From: Eledone cirrhosa
Lineage: Eukaryota
Direction of reading: 5' to 3'
Assembly: GCA_964016885.1 (NCBI GenBank)
Contig: OZ024740.1
Location: forward strand, 253,146,001-253,210,000
DNA: 64,000 nucleotides
Numbering within the stretch: the stretch's first letter is position 1; each line of letters opens with the position of its first letter. Shown here piece after piece: positions 51,693-64,000 of this stretch. The notes under the pieces were generated by a model. It did no database searches, was not told where the DNA came from, and saw only the letters and a program-made list of their open reading frames with translations. The position numbers were made by a program, and so were the translations under genes.

Positions 51693-52399
51693 CATCATCA
51701 TCATCATCATCATCGTTTAACGTCCATCTTCCACGCTAGCATGGGTTTGGATATATATATATATATATATAATTATAATATACAGTTAGAACTCACAATA
51801 AATCCCCTATGATCAAGGGAACTCAAGGAAGAAAGACTGAGCTCATTATAAATCATAGCAAAGAGAGAAGGCACATAATAAATTGTCACATAACATATAT
51901 ATATATACATCATCACCATCATCATCATTTTACGTCCGCTTTTCCCTGCGTGCAAGGGTGGGACATATATATATATATAAATTCACGCATGTTGATGTGA
52001 TTCCGAAAAGAGTGAAAACATTGTAAAAATAAATGTTAAAATTATGAAATGTCCTTGACGCTCAAATATAACAATTCAAATGCGAAAAAATAATAATAAA
52101 TTAATTTAACAATATTCTTGCTGGGACATTTTCCTGATATTATTTATTACATTAATAGACAAATCCAGTTGATTCACCTTTAGAGAATGCTTTCTGTTCA
52201 GAATATGCAAAGAATTCAAGAAATTGAAATCGATTATTGTGATTGCCAAAAGAATGAAAAAAATTTGAAAGAAATAAAACTCAATGGTGAAATTATGAAA
52301 TGAATTATAGTAAAAACTTCCTTGTTGTTTAAATATAAATAATGTATATAACAATTTAAATGAAAAAGTATATATATTAAATTAATTTAACAATAACCT

Positions 52400-54250
52400 T
52401 GCTTTAGAATATTATATTCAACAACACATAATATTGATAAAATTTTATCAGTAGCGAGTATAATGTTTTAATCATCCAGTTAATTAATTTTTTTTTTTTC
52501 AGTTTTGGTTTTGCTTTTGGTTTTTGTGTATAAAGATTATTAGGATCTCCTAATCTTGAAAGTGAAACATATAGTTGTCCATGAGGAAATACTTCATTTT
52601 TAAGATTGATACAACCTGGCGCATCTAAAAAGTATAATGTTTGTTCATTTCTATTGGTTATTGAATCATTGATTGTATTGTAAATAAGTCTTTGTTCTTC
52701 ATTTAACAATGGTTCATATTTCATTTAACAAAGTTTCATATTTCTAAGTGTTCGTTTACTCTTCCAATATTGTTTACTTCTAGTTCTTGATAAGTTGGTC
52801 CAATATCTTGGACTTCCAACAAAAGTAGAAGGTAAAATTACAGCCCTACCTAATTCTTGTGCACTGAATATTCCTTCATTATTTAGAGAATCTTTTAAAA
52901 GTGAATACTCTTCGACTCTTAGCTTGGATTGGTGCTGTTTAATGTACAATAACTTCAAACTTAGTTTTGGCATACATATCAACTAAATACATGTGGAACA
53001 ATCATTTACATCTTACAATTTGATTCCAAGTATTTCTTAGTTGTAAATAATATGCATAATATTGCCTGCATGTAACGTTCTTATTTCGGACTGTTTGATT
53101 TGTATTTGGATTGTACAAAGGTAAATTCAACGAATACCCATCATTTTCTTTCCAATGAATCAAAGGATATTGTAATAGATCATAGGATCTATGTAATTCA
53201 TTGATTTGTTTACAGTGTTATCTTTAAAAGTAAAAATGATGTTTCTTCGTGGAAATTCAGTTCCAACCATTACTAATCCCACGTCTTCGGCCATTGAACC
53301 TTCATGTATACTCACTAGCTGGTACTTTATCTGCACAAATTGACAATAGAAGATATGGACTGTTAACAAAAGATGCCATAGTTTTAATTTGTCTGATAAG
53401 CTCACTATTTTCCAAAAGCATTTCTTGGATGTGTCTTATAGTGTGTGTGTTTCAGAAAACCTACTATTTCTAATATTAATTTGTTCATTTAAATCATTGA
53501 TAAAATAAACTTGTGCATATTTAGGAATATTATCAATTGAATTATACAATGAACTACAAAAACTGGCATGAATCCCAGCAGAAATATTGATTCTCGACTC
53601 CAAAGGATGTCATTGAAAACAATTCGATATATTTTTTTATATTCTTTAAGAAGTTTTTGGAATCCTGTGTTTCCCCCAGCATTAGTGTATTTAAAGTTTC
53701 AGGTGGTCTTTCAATCAAATTCAATTTAACTTTACCATTTGAACAACAAAACCCCTTAGGTTCATCTTTAAATAATTTTGCACAACAATGCTTACAAACT
53801 ACTCACATTGTTCCTAAATTTGATAGATTATCATAATTTTTACTTGGATCATATTCAAATGTTGCATTTGTAAATGATTTAACAGAACTACGTAGTTCAG
53901 CATACCTAGATCTTTTTACTTGAGTTACAATTTCTTGTTCCTCCCTAGTCTGAGAATGTCTTGCTTCATTGTGAGAAATTCTATTTTTCTCTCTTAATTT
54001 ATCTCTTCGTTTTTTTTCTGTCAAATTTCCTTTCAACTCTTGGAGAGCTAATCTGTTTTCTTCTCTAATTTCATTTCACCTTTGAATTGAGAGACTTTCC
54101 CGTCTTTGTCGTTGATACTCTCTGAATTTCTTTCTCTTCTTCATTCATTTCTTTTCCCTTTCGGCGCTTTGTTTCTGAGCTATTTGAAATTTTCCTTACA
54201 TCATTAATATTATTGTTGTTTAAGTTAGTAGTTGCATGGAAATGGTTTTC
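52400..54250 (-). pseudogene. Helitron Rep/helicase remnants
   Basis: CKHC.AKLFKDE..GFCCSNGKV, FSMTSFG, LRVEEY..LGRAVILPSTFVGSPRY, LNEEQR.IY..FLDAPG, VFPHGQLYVSLSR; heavily deleted. Confidence 0.88.
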
Positions 54251-54265
54251 ATTATTATGCACTGT

Positions 54266-54444
54266 ATAGGGCGGTGAATTGGCAGTATCGGTGGAAGGTC
54301 GGACGCTATGCTTTCCAATATAGTTACGTCCCTTTACGGTCTGAGTTCAAATCCCGTCGAGGTTAACTTTGCCGACCGGGTCGATAAAATAAAGTACCAG
54401 TAATGAACTGGATAATTGCTGGCCTTGTGCCAAAAGTAGAAGCA
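54266..54444 (+). mobile_element. tRNA-derived SINE with 15-bp TSD
   Basis: ATTATTATGCACTGT at 54251 and 54445; B-box GAGTTCAAATCC. Confidence 0.88.
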
Positions 54445-56895
54445 ATTATTATGCACTGTTGATATCATATTGATATGATAATTTTCTGAAGTCACGCTGC
54501 TGTTAAATGAATTTGTGTCGTTTGTTTCCATGGCGAAAAAATATGGATGACAAAGAAGAATAAGATGAAATAAGAAAGGTTTGGAAAGGAAAGAGTATAG
54601 TGGTCCAATTGTTCAAACAATGGAACACTCTGATCTTGAAATGAACGATTTCTACAGATACGTTCACTCTTAGCAAACTTTCGCTAGCAGATGACAATTT
54701 CTTGTGCGTGTGTGTGTGTGTATGTTTGTGTGAGTGTGTGTGCGTATGCGTGCCAGTGTCATAATATACAGCCAATCATGTAATTCTCAACCCTAAGCAA
54801 ACATACAGCTTCTCTCTCTCTCTCTCTCTATCACACACACACACATACATATATACATACATATCTCACTTTGGCGGTGTTGGTGGAAGAGAGTCGTGGT
54901 ATCAATAAGAGTACATACAATAGTGACAGTAGGACTAGGTATGTAACATCATAAGATAGACGCTGCAGAAAGTTTTGAGGTAGGTAGGTAGGTATATCGA
55001 TAGATATGTAATTAGGTAGATAGATAGATGTGTGATTGTACTAATTATTTTTATCAAAACAGATAGAATATGGATGGTAATTCAAGTTAATACACTTCTC
55101 AATGTTATCTAATGGTCACCCTATTTCAATGCATATGTAATAATTATTTGTTTAAGTGTCTGTGTATGTGTAAATGCGCATGTGTTTGTAATTCCATTTT
55201 TTTAATATCTTTCTAAATAATACACAAACACATATACATTCACTCAAATATTATATATAAATACTAGCCGAATTACCTGCGCCTTGCTGCATTTCACACA
55301 TTTTTCTTTTTTGTAAGAAAATGATGATTGATTTTAAATCAGTGATATAATTTATGGAGAAAAACGTTGCATTTCAATATTACTCAATGTAAAATGTAAT
55401 GCATGAAAAATTGGGACACATTATTTTTTGTAATATATCAAATCAAAATTACATTATTAAATCTTATTCTTATTTTGTTTCTTGTAAATAACTTTTTTCA
55501 AAATATCAATTGAAAACTTTTGTGAATAGGCATCATATCTTGTCATTTTCCTATGGTTTAAATTTCATTTAAATCGAAGGGAAAACATTTTCAGCGGGGA
55601 TTTGGCCCCCCAGGGAACCCTTTGATTAAAATGAAATGTACAGGGCAATGTAGTTTCAGAATATGGTTATAGGGGTCTATATCTGGATGCCGTAGAATAC
55701 GTCAATGGTAGCCGGGCCAGCTAGTATATAGATATTTTACATAAACACACACACAAACCTCCCTTTTACACACACACATATACTCACACGTTGAAACGGT
55801 GTTGGATTTTTTTTTTCACCGTAGAATTTTCACCATCCCACTTCCATCGGTGGATATATAAATATATTTTACACAAACACACATATACACACACACATTC
55901 ACATAATCATAACAATCAATGTGTGTAGCCAACAAACGTTGGCTGTTTTTGTCATAGTAATTTCGCCATCCCCTTCCTCCCTTTTACACATATATACATT
56001 TACACACATATACTCACACAGAGTTGAAATGCTGTTTGATTATTTTTTCGGCGTAAAATGTTCACCACCCCACTTCCATCGCGGGACTGACACACAGGCA
56101 CGATTTGAGTTTTATTTATATAGACTAGCAGAAAACCACCCAGTGGGCGGTTTTCTGCTAGCAAATCTAGTGTATATACTGATATTGTTGAGATTTGGAT
56201 GAGAAATGTTTTCGGCACCACATGTTCACCGTCTCTCGGTGTGTCTTTTATGCATGTATAAATATATATGTTATCTATACGGTGAAATCTTTGAAATAAA
56301 TATATGTTAAAACGAAAAAGAAGAAAAAGAGATTAGTGACGGAAATATAAACGTTATGATACATAAACGTTATGATATAACGATGGAAATATATAAACGT
56401 TTACGATAAAACGATGGAAATAGAAACGTTTATATATAATGATAAGCCGAAACACTCGTAAGCCGAAACACTCGTAAGTTGAAACACTCGTAAAGCGAAA
56501 CGTATAAATAAAGATTAATGTAATGAATTTGAAAAGCATAGAGATTTGAAACCGCGTCTATTTGTTTCCTTGGCATTTTTTACAGACGGACAGACAGACA
56601 GACAAACAGAGAAATGCCCATTATATATTATAAGTAGACTTGGCATGGTGTCAAGTCAGAACCGCCTCGAACTGGTTACTTCTGGCTTGTGCAAGGTGTC
56701 TCTATAGCAACCAGCGATTCCCTCGGCCTCAGTGACCAAAGTCAGTGGAGAGGGGAAGGTAATGTTTCTATAGAGACAGTGTTTCTCTTGGTAGTACCAA
56801 AGTGGAGAAAGAAAGGGGAAGGTAATATTTCTGTAGCACCTACATTTGAGTTTTAGGGAAGGACAGACAGACAGACAGACAAACAGAGAAATGCC

Positions 56896-57390
56896 CATAT
56901 ATTTCTGTGTGTGTATATAGATATATATATATATATATTACACACACAGAAATGTATATATATTTCTGTGTGTGTATATATATATATTACACACGCAGAA
57001 ATGTATATATATTTCTGTGTGTATATATATATTACACACACAGAAATGTATATATATTTCTGTGTGTATATATATATATTTCTGTGTGTGTATATATATA
57101 TATATTACACACACAGAAATGTATATATATTTCTGTGTGTATATATATATTACACACACAGAAATGTATATATATTTCTGTGTGTGTATATATATATATT
57201 ACACACGCAGAAATGTATATATATTTCTGTGTGTATATATATATTACACACACAGAAATGTATATATATTTCTGTGTGTATATATATATATTTCTGTGTG
57301 TGTATATATATATATATTACACACACAGAAATGTATATATATTTCTGTGTGTATATATATATTACACACACAGAAATGTATATATATTTC
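56896..57390. repeat. Palindromic minisatellite (ACACACAGAAATGTATATATATTTCTGTGTGT units, ~45-50 bp period)
   Basis: About 10 self-complementary units separated by TA runs. Confidence 0.9.
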
Positions 57391-57509
57391 TTAGAACAAA
57401 ATTATTATTAATGTTTTGCTGTTCATAACAATTGGAATTGAAAAATTACTTTTGAAATTATTAGTTATTTTACTAATGCTTAGATATGTAAAAATAAAGC
57501 AATGTTTCT

Positions 57510-57700
57510 AATAATTGTTTCTACTTTTGGCACAAGGCCAGCAAATATCCAGTACATTACTGGTACTTTATTTTATCGACCTCGTGAGGATGAAAGGCAA
57601 AGTTAACCTCGGCGGTATTTGAACTCAGACCGTAAAGGGACGTAACTCCATGCTATGAAGCATGGTGTCCGACTCTCTACAGATTCTGCCAATCCACTGT
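57510..57700 (-). mobile_element. tRNA-derived SINE
   Basis: Reverse complement of the 54266/62869 family. Confidence 0.85.
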
Positions 57701-58429
57701 ACGTAATGAGGGAGTGAGAGGGGAGAGAAAGAAAGGCAGAAGTGAAGTGACGAAGTGACTCTCTCCTCCTCCTCGTCCATCTCCCCATTCGTCACAGCGA
57801 TAGAGGGGAGGAATGTTAGTGTGTTACAAAGAGAAAGAGTGAGAGTGAGAGAAACAGACAGACTAAAAGAGAGGGATAGCTGGAGAGAGAGAGAGATAGC
57901 AACCACGCGCGCACGTGTTTCCACTGTCGAACAGAGAAATTGCTGGTTATATATTATAAGGAGATTATATAGACTAGCATATGTAATGTGCATATTGGTA
58001 TTATACGCAAATATATATATATGTAAGTTGGAAAGTAAATTACAATATCTTCTTCTTTGCCCACTTATTTCTGAGATGGTCGTGGGGGAAGAGTCCTTCT
58101 GAAACACTCCTTCTAGAGCGAGTCTGTCAGAAGCAAACATCTCTAACTGATCCAGCTGGATCCCAAAGCGTGACCAGCCAAACTCATGGATATTATGCCG
58201 GTTGGTTTTGCCTGTAAAATGTATCCAGTGATTCTTTACTAAGACATTCTAACCACATGCTCATAATATCGGAGTTGTGATCTCTCAATTCGGAGAAGTA
58301 ACGGCTCTACCAGGAGTGACTCTCTGGTCTCTTAGCTATGCACTTTATCGAGTAACGTTACTCCAAAGACCCTTCGGAGGAACCCCATTTCTGCCGCTTT
58401 TATTTGCAATTGTATTCTTTTCGTCATTA

Positions 58430-58640
58430 CTCAAGATTCACGATCCTCAGTAAGAGTTGTCAGGAATACCAGGAAGACAGCGAGTTTGGCTTTTACACCT
58501 ACCCCCTTTTTCTGATTGTTGAATGCTGAGGCTGGCACATTACTGCATCAGCTTTTGCAATTCTTGCACTTAATTCAGCCTCCTGCATTCCATCACTCAT
58601 GAACACGGGCCCGAGATACTTGCACTTCTTTAACTGCTTC
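58430..58640 (-). pseudogene. Old LINE RT C-terminal remnant
   Basis: KYLG..MSDG..EAELSARIAKA motif. Confidence 0.55.
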
Positions 58641-58869
58641 AGTAGAACTCCATTCACATATATATAAATTTGAGGGACTTCTGTCCACCCGTCCGTCACA
58701 CAATGTGTATGTGTGTTTGTGTGAATGTATGTGTGTGTAAAAGGAAGGAAAGGGATACACACATATATGTCTCTAACTTAAAACAGTGACACACACACAC
58801 ATGTCTCTAATTTAAGAACGCCGATAAACTCACCCGGGCGCACATACACACACTGTCCTATTACCACTT

Positions 58870-59265
58870 TAGAGCTTTGGTCCGGGCAAAAATCCTCTCA
58901 ATTTTGGAACCATCTGGGTTGTCCAGAATTGATGGGAAAATACTTGACGGTCTTACTCTGTGCTCGTGCTCAAGAGGTAGATGCCTTACCTGGGACATCA
59001 CAGTTAGTGACTCTTTTGTCTCTTCACACATCCTGGATGCAGCGGTAAGGGCAAGAGCTACAGCATCCGCAGCTGAATAGAACAAAATCCTAAATTACTG
59101 TGTTCTGTCAGCTAACTACATTATCAAGCCTGTGGTGTTCGAGACGTTTAGGGGAGTCGGGCTACTGACAGCGAGGTTCTTATCTTCACTGGTGGTTCGC
59201 CAAACAGGTAACTGGTGATGCTCGTGAGAGCACTTGGTTGTTCCAGCACCTCAGCGAGCATGCTG
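58870..59265 (+). pseudogene. CRE-like RLE endonuclease fragment
   Basis: LEPSGLSRIDGK..DGLT....RGRCLTWDITV.D..ASAAE, then VFETF and WLFQ. Confidence 0.8.
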
Positions 59266-59714
59266 GCTTGCCTAAAAAATTATTACAGAGGTTTCCCAGT
59301 GTTCCTCGCTATACTGTTATCTTTTGCTCTGGTAGTGGCTCGTTTGTCCACACCTTTCGCCTGCCTTTTGTTGTATGTGGTCCTAGATGTGTTACGTACA
59401 TGTGTATTTTTTCTCTTTCTTTTTTTCCTTTCCCTTTCCTTTGTATATATTATATTTGTTTGTGTTTTCGTTCTGTAACCATTATATTAAATTTTTATAC
59501 AACTGAGTTTTTAAAAAAAAGTTAAACTGTGTTGTTAATAAATAAATAAAAAGTTGTACTTCATTTTACCCTCGAACGCTGCTATCATGACTGTATGTGT
59601 ATTTGTGTGAATGTATGTCCGTAAGCGTGTATTTTTGTAAATTTGTGTTTGCGCGATTATAGTTATATGCTCATACAATAGTTTATAATTTTGCCTATTA
59701 ATCCGTATGGTGAG

Positions 59715-62420
59715 AAAATGGGGTCCCACGTGCTGGCCTCCCCACAGCCCCGGCAGAGAGGATGGAGAAGAGCCATTCCAACTCGTGAGGATCACACCTG
59801 CGGCTGGCTAGCTCAGCGTATATGGTGGTGAATAGGGAGGTAGCCCTAGGGACAAGGACACCAGTAGTGTCCACTGCCAAGGTCACGACCGCGAACCTGT
59901 CGGAGAGCGACCGGTACTTGGAGAGTTTGGCCTCCTCAGCCGGACGTGCAGCAGTACCTGGGTTAGTTGCAGACATGCACCAGGTTGCGGCTGGAGAAAG
60001 TGTCGCTGCAAGTGAGGGGTTTGCCACCATGGAAAGGGGAGATGATCATACCGTCTGGCCTTTTGCCAGCCCCATCGGCTCGAGCTGGGAGGGGAAGCCT
60101 GCAGCGTCCAAGCCATGCTTAATGACCTCGTTGAGGGCAGCATGGCATGGAAGGCGGCGGGGTACTATGGCGACAGGAAAGCGGGTGGAGTTTGAAAGAG
60201 TGGATCCACAGTCACATTTATGTGGCTCGCAGATCCGGAGTCCAAGCCTCAAGGAAACGCCGATGCGCAGGCTATCGTTATCCAGCTGCATGCCAATGGA
60301 GAAGGAGGGCAAGGCATGGAGCGAGGCACTACTGTGGGGTTTGGAGGCCGCGCGAAAACAGACAAAGCGGTGCTGGTCGAGCTGGCGTGTGAGACTGTCT
60401 GAGGCCAGGCTGCACTGGATGGCATCCCATACGCTTTGGGGGGGACTTGACGTTAGCAGAGGGAGAAGGTGGAGGGACGTCTACCGGGCTAAGTCCCATC
60501 TTGTCCAACGTCTCACAGGCGACCTCGCGTTCTCTGAACACAGATGGTTCTATTGTGTTTTGGAGAACCCTACTGACGAGGACACGGCATGAGGTTACCG
60601 ATGAAAGAAATGCTGGCAAAGCCAGCGAGATCGGGGACCGGAGGCCAAGGCCGCCATATATGACAGGTAAAGTGGGCTGTTGCCATCCTGTCGTCAAACC
60701 TGACGTTGCATATCTCCTCAGCTGCCGCTTGGATACAAGTATCGAGGTCAGCGAGGAGAGATGCGTGGCTGTAGTTGCGTGGACGAGTTGACCTGGAGGC
60801 CGATTCCCGCCAGGGCAGTAACCACTGACTTAAGGTCACGGCAGACAGCGTAGCATCATCCAGGTACCAAACTTTGAGAGGATCCGTGATACTCCGGGCA
60901 ATGTGGTCTATACCAAGGGCAAACAGGAGGGGGCCCAAAGGGCCGCCCCAGTGGCTGAAGGTATGACCGTGTCAGCAGCAAGGAGCATGTTCAGGGCTCC
61001 CTATGACAAGTAGGCCAGCGGGTAGGCAGATGGTCTCGGCGTATGCAGTTAAAGGCATTCCTCATGTCAAGCTTGACAATGAGGTGCCTGGAGTCCCTGG
61101 ATGCCAGTTCTGGTGGGCAGCTGTTGAAGAACTGCCCGGTTGCATGTGCGACCCCCTCACAGCCACCGGACACGCCGACACCTAGTTGTATGGGACTGAA
61201 CTCCTCACCCAGTTCAGGTGTTATGGACCTGCAGACCACCTTAGAATCCAGCCTCCGGAAGACATTGCCCACAGCGATGGGGCGTATGCCACCCTCTTTC
61301 TTCCTGAGAGCGGTCAGGCTAGTTGAAAAAAAGAGGCCTCGGGCGTGAGGATCCAGGGCGCCATGGATAAGCCTATTGGTGAGTGCCACAATTGCACTCA
61401 GAAGGTGGCGCCCAGCCTCAGTGGAGAGGGGGATAGCAACTCCTTGAGGTGGCCTCGTTGGAGACCATCAGCACCTCCGCTGCTGCTAGCTGGGAAGGAC
61501 TTGATGGCAGACATGATGTCTGCGTCGGAAGCCACAAGGAGCAGTAGGGGATCTGGTGGGGGGTATGGGTCGGAGGTCAGCGGGTGACTCAGGGTGCTTG
61601 AGTCGCAGGGCAGCCAGGACCTCCACGGTGGGTTGGAGGACATTGTTCTCTGAGGCAACCACTCTGACTGCGGCCTTGACATCACCCATGATAAGTTTAG
61701 TGTTTACACGGTCACGCTAAAGCTTAGCGCTGGTCTCATGGGTGGAGGATTGGAGGAACCCAAGAACAGGGGTTGTGGCGTCCTTCAACATGCTTGGAAT
61801 GGGAGCTTGCCCAAAGGACGAAACATAGGCCTTGACAAAGGCTGCTGTCAACAGGTCGCCTCGGTCAGCGCCAGAGCTGGGGAGGCCGAGGTTGAGTGGA
61901 GCGAAATAGAAGAGGCGCTCCCAGTCGCTGGCTCGATTGGAGTCCAGAGCACTCTCAATCGAGAAAGCGAGGGCATCGGCTACCGGCACCCGGGCCACTC
62001 TCGGGATCCTGAGCGGAATCTTCCGGAGCCGCCTGAGCCGAGCGATGTTGACCAGCGAGGCTTGGGCATCAGGCAAGCTTGCTGTCTCATCTGGTGGAGT
62101 GCCAGATGGCCGTGGCTGTGCAGACGAGGGGAAGAGACAGTTTCTGCATCTCCACGCTTCGAGGACACTGGAAGCTCGACGCGTCAAGCCAACACAAGTG
62201 AGGTGGTGGAAGCAGCTGCACCACGAATAGTTCCATCCCCTCTTCCATCTGTTCGTGGTGCTGCGACTGGTGGGGATGGAGGATGGGGCGTGGAGCCGGG
62301 GACTGGGGCACCAAGCGGCATCAGGAGTGAGTGGCTGGTTGTCATCATCCTAAGTGCTAGGCACAACTGCACGTGGATAGAAGGGAAAGTGTTGGTATGA
62401 GTGAGGCCTCATAGCTCACC
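59715..62420 (-). mobile_element. CRE-like non-LTR retrotransposon, degenerate (Zn/PHD remnant, RT, RLE)
   Basis: H..CVG..WRCRNC, SSGGADGL, GGIRPIAVGNVFRRL, QLGVGVSGGCE, KLDMRNAFN, GPLLFALG, WYLDD, GGLGLR, H.ALN, AEEAKLSKY. Confidence 0.88.
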
Positions 62421-62754
62421 TACATCAGATATGGAGGCGACAGAAGACAAGATAAAAGAGAAAGGGGGCACACATACACGTCAGCGTGTTGAAAAAAAAT
62501 CCTAATCTCTTTCACTCTCTCTCTCTATATATATATCTGTCACATAATCACTCTATCTATCTGTATCTCTCTCATCACACACTCTCTCTTTCTATATATA
62601 ATGTAGTTGAAGTGGTGGTGGCGGCGGCAACATACCGGAAGTGTAGAAATTTGAAACTTTTAAAAGAAGTCAATTTTAAATAGACAATAAAATTATTTAT
62701 ATTTAATCAAGAGTTACGAAATTTAGTACATAAATTATGTAATATTCATTCATT

Positions 62755-63078
62755 AGGTTGACTTTGCCTTTCATCCTTATGGGGTCGATAAAATAAAGTA
62801 CCAGTAATACACTGGATAATTGCTGGCCTTGTGCCAAAAGTAGAAACAATTATTTATTCAAAGTAATCGGTGGATTGGCAGTATCGGTAGAGGGTCGGAC
62901 GCCATGTTTTGCAGCACAGAGTTACGGCCCTTTATGATCTGAGTTCAAATGCCGCCGAAGTTAACTTTGCCTTTCATCCTTACGGGGTCGCTAAAATAAA
63001 GTACCAGTAACGTACTGGGGTCGATTTAATCGACTTTCCCTCCCCCCAAATTACTGGCCTTGTGCTTATACTAGAAAT
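62755..63078 (+). mobile_element. Two tandem SINEs; the second (62869-63078) has a ~20-bp TSD
   Basis: ATTATTTATTC(A/G)AAGTAATC at ~62849 and ~63079; B-box GAGTTCAAATGC. Confidence 0.87.
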
Positions 63079-63172
63079 CATTATTTATTCGAAGTAATCC
63101 ATTATTTTACTAACTGGATTAAAAGAAATAAATCGGATGCTGTCCGGCACTCCTCCCTTTATTATAGTATAG

Positions 63173-63205
63173 ACTAGCAGCAGGACCCGGCTTTGCACGG
63201 GGTAG
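63173..63205 (-). mobile_element. Helitron-like 3' end
   Basis: Minus strand CCCGTGCAAAGCCGGG hairpin followed by CTAG/T; similar ends near 55264 and 55721. Confidence 0.55.
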
Positions 63206-64000
63206 GAAACATGAAATAACAACACGCATATGCAAAGATTGAGCAATGTAGCTGTGTACTTTTTGAATTCCCTTATTCTCAGAGAATGATTGTTCATCTA
63301 CTGGAAACGTAGAACACCAGCAGGCAGAATCCACTAGTAGCGGTGTCAGTGGGCTGATTGCGGAAATCCTGTATGCGAAAGAAGTAAGTAAGTGTTGTGA
63401 TGTATGTTCACGAATCACGTCACAGATGGGGAACAGACGTCAGTCTGACGGAGCGACGTAGTCAATTGTGTGAAAACCAAGTAGGGATAAACGTTTAAAG
63501 TAGGGATATTGAGATGACGAAATCAGCGTGGTAACGCAGCTGCAGCAGAAGGGGGTCATAGTGCAATTAGCACAAACACTGGGCGGCACTGGTTGCACTG
63601 CATTTACACAGCAACAAAGGTGCGACAAAAGGGGTCATTGCGGAATTAGCACAACCGCTGTTCAGCGTACTTGCGCAGGACGTTCATACTGCAGTGTAGG
63701 TGCAACAGAAGGGGTCTTAGTAGAAGTAGCACAGACGTGAGTTTTACGGTGTCAATAACACGGCAACGTACACAGGGCCCAGATTTGTGCGTGATCAAAG
63801 TACGAAGCGTCAACAGGATGCTGACAAATATTTTAAGGTCCTCCTCATTTCCTCAACCCCACGAAATGGTCCTGCTTAAAAGTAAGTAAGTGTTGTGTCC
63901 TCTGTTAAATAAACCAAATTTTTTAACGAAATATTATACGTTACTTACGATGTTTAAGTAGCGTTTATATTGAAAATGAAAAAGGCAGGTAATGCCCAAT

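Noticed and set aside
59822-62400. Long plus-strand ORFs (256 and 220 aa)
   Set aside because: Antisense shadows of the GC-rich CRE-like element on the minus strand.

Overview
Eukaryotic, repeat-saturated DNA with no recognisable host gene. The SINE family and microsatellite style suggest a mollusc, probably an octopus (inference, not verified). The window is a nest of decayed retroelements: RTE LINEs, Penelope-like elements (PLEs), CR1, R4/Dong and CRE-type RLE elements, a young non-autonomous tRNA-Trp-primed LTR element, SINEs and Helitron remnants. The main feature is a ~15.7 kb tandem array of a 424-bp unit (25797-41486, about 36 units, with an internal inversion and a 200-N gap). Every complete unit carries a type I hammerhead ribozyme (HHR) fold: CUGACGA / stem II / GAAAC / palindromic ACUAGU stem III / GUA cleavage triplet. 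A diverged, colinear 460-bp sister array (20880-22185) keeps the same fold with compensatory changes, and single variant monomers flank a degenerate PLE reverse transcriptase between the two arrays. Together this looks like a Penelope-linked retrozyme (self-cleaving satellite) system. No folding, alignment or database search was run; everything was read by eye.
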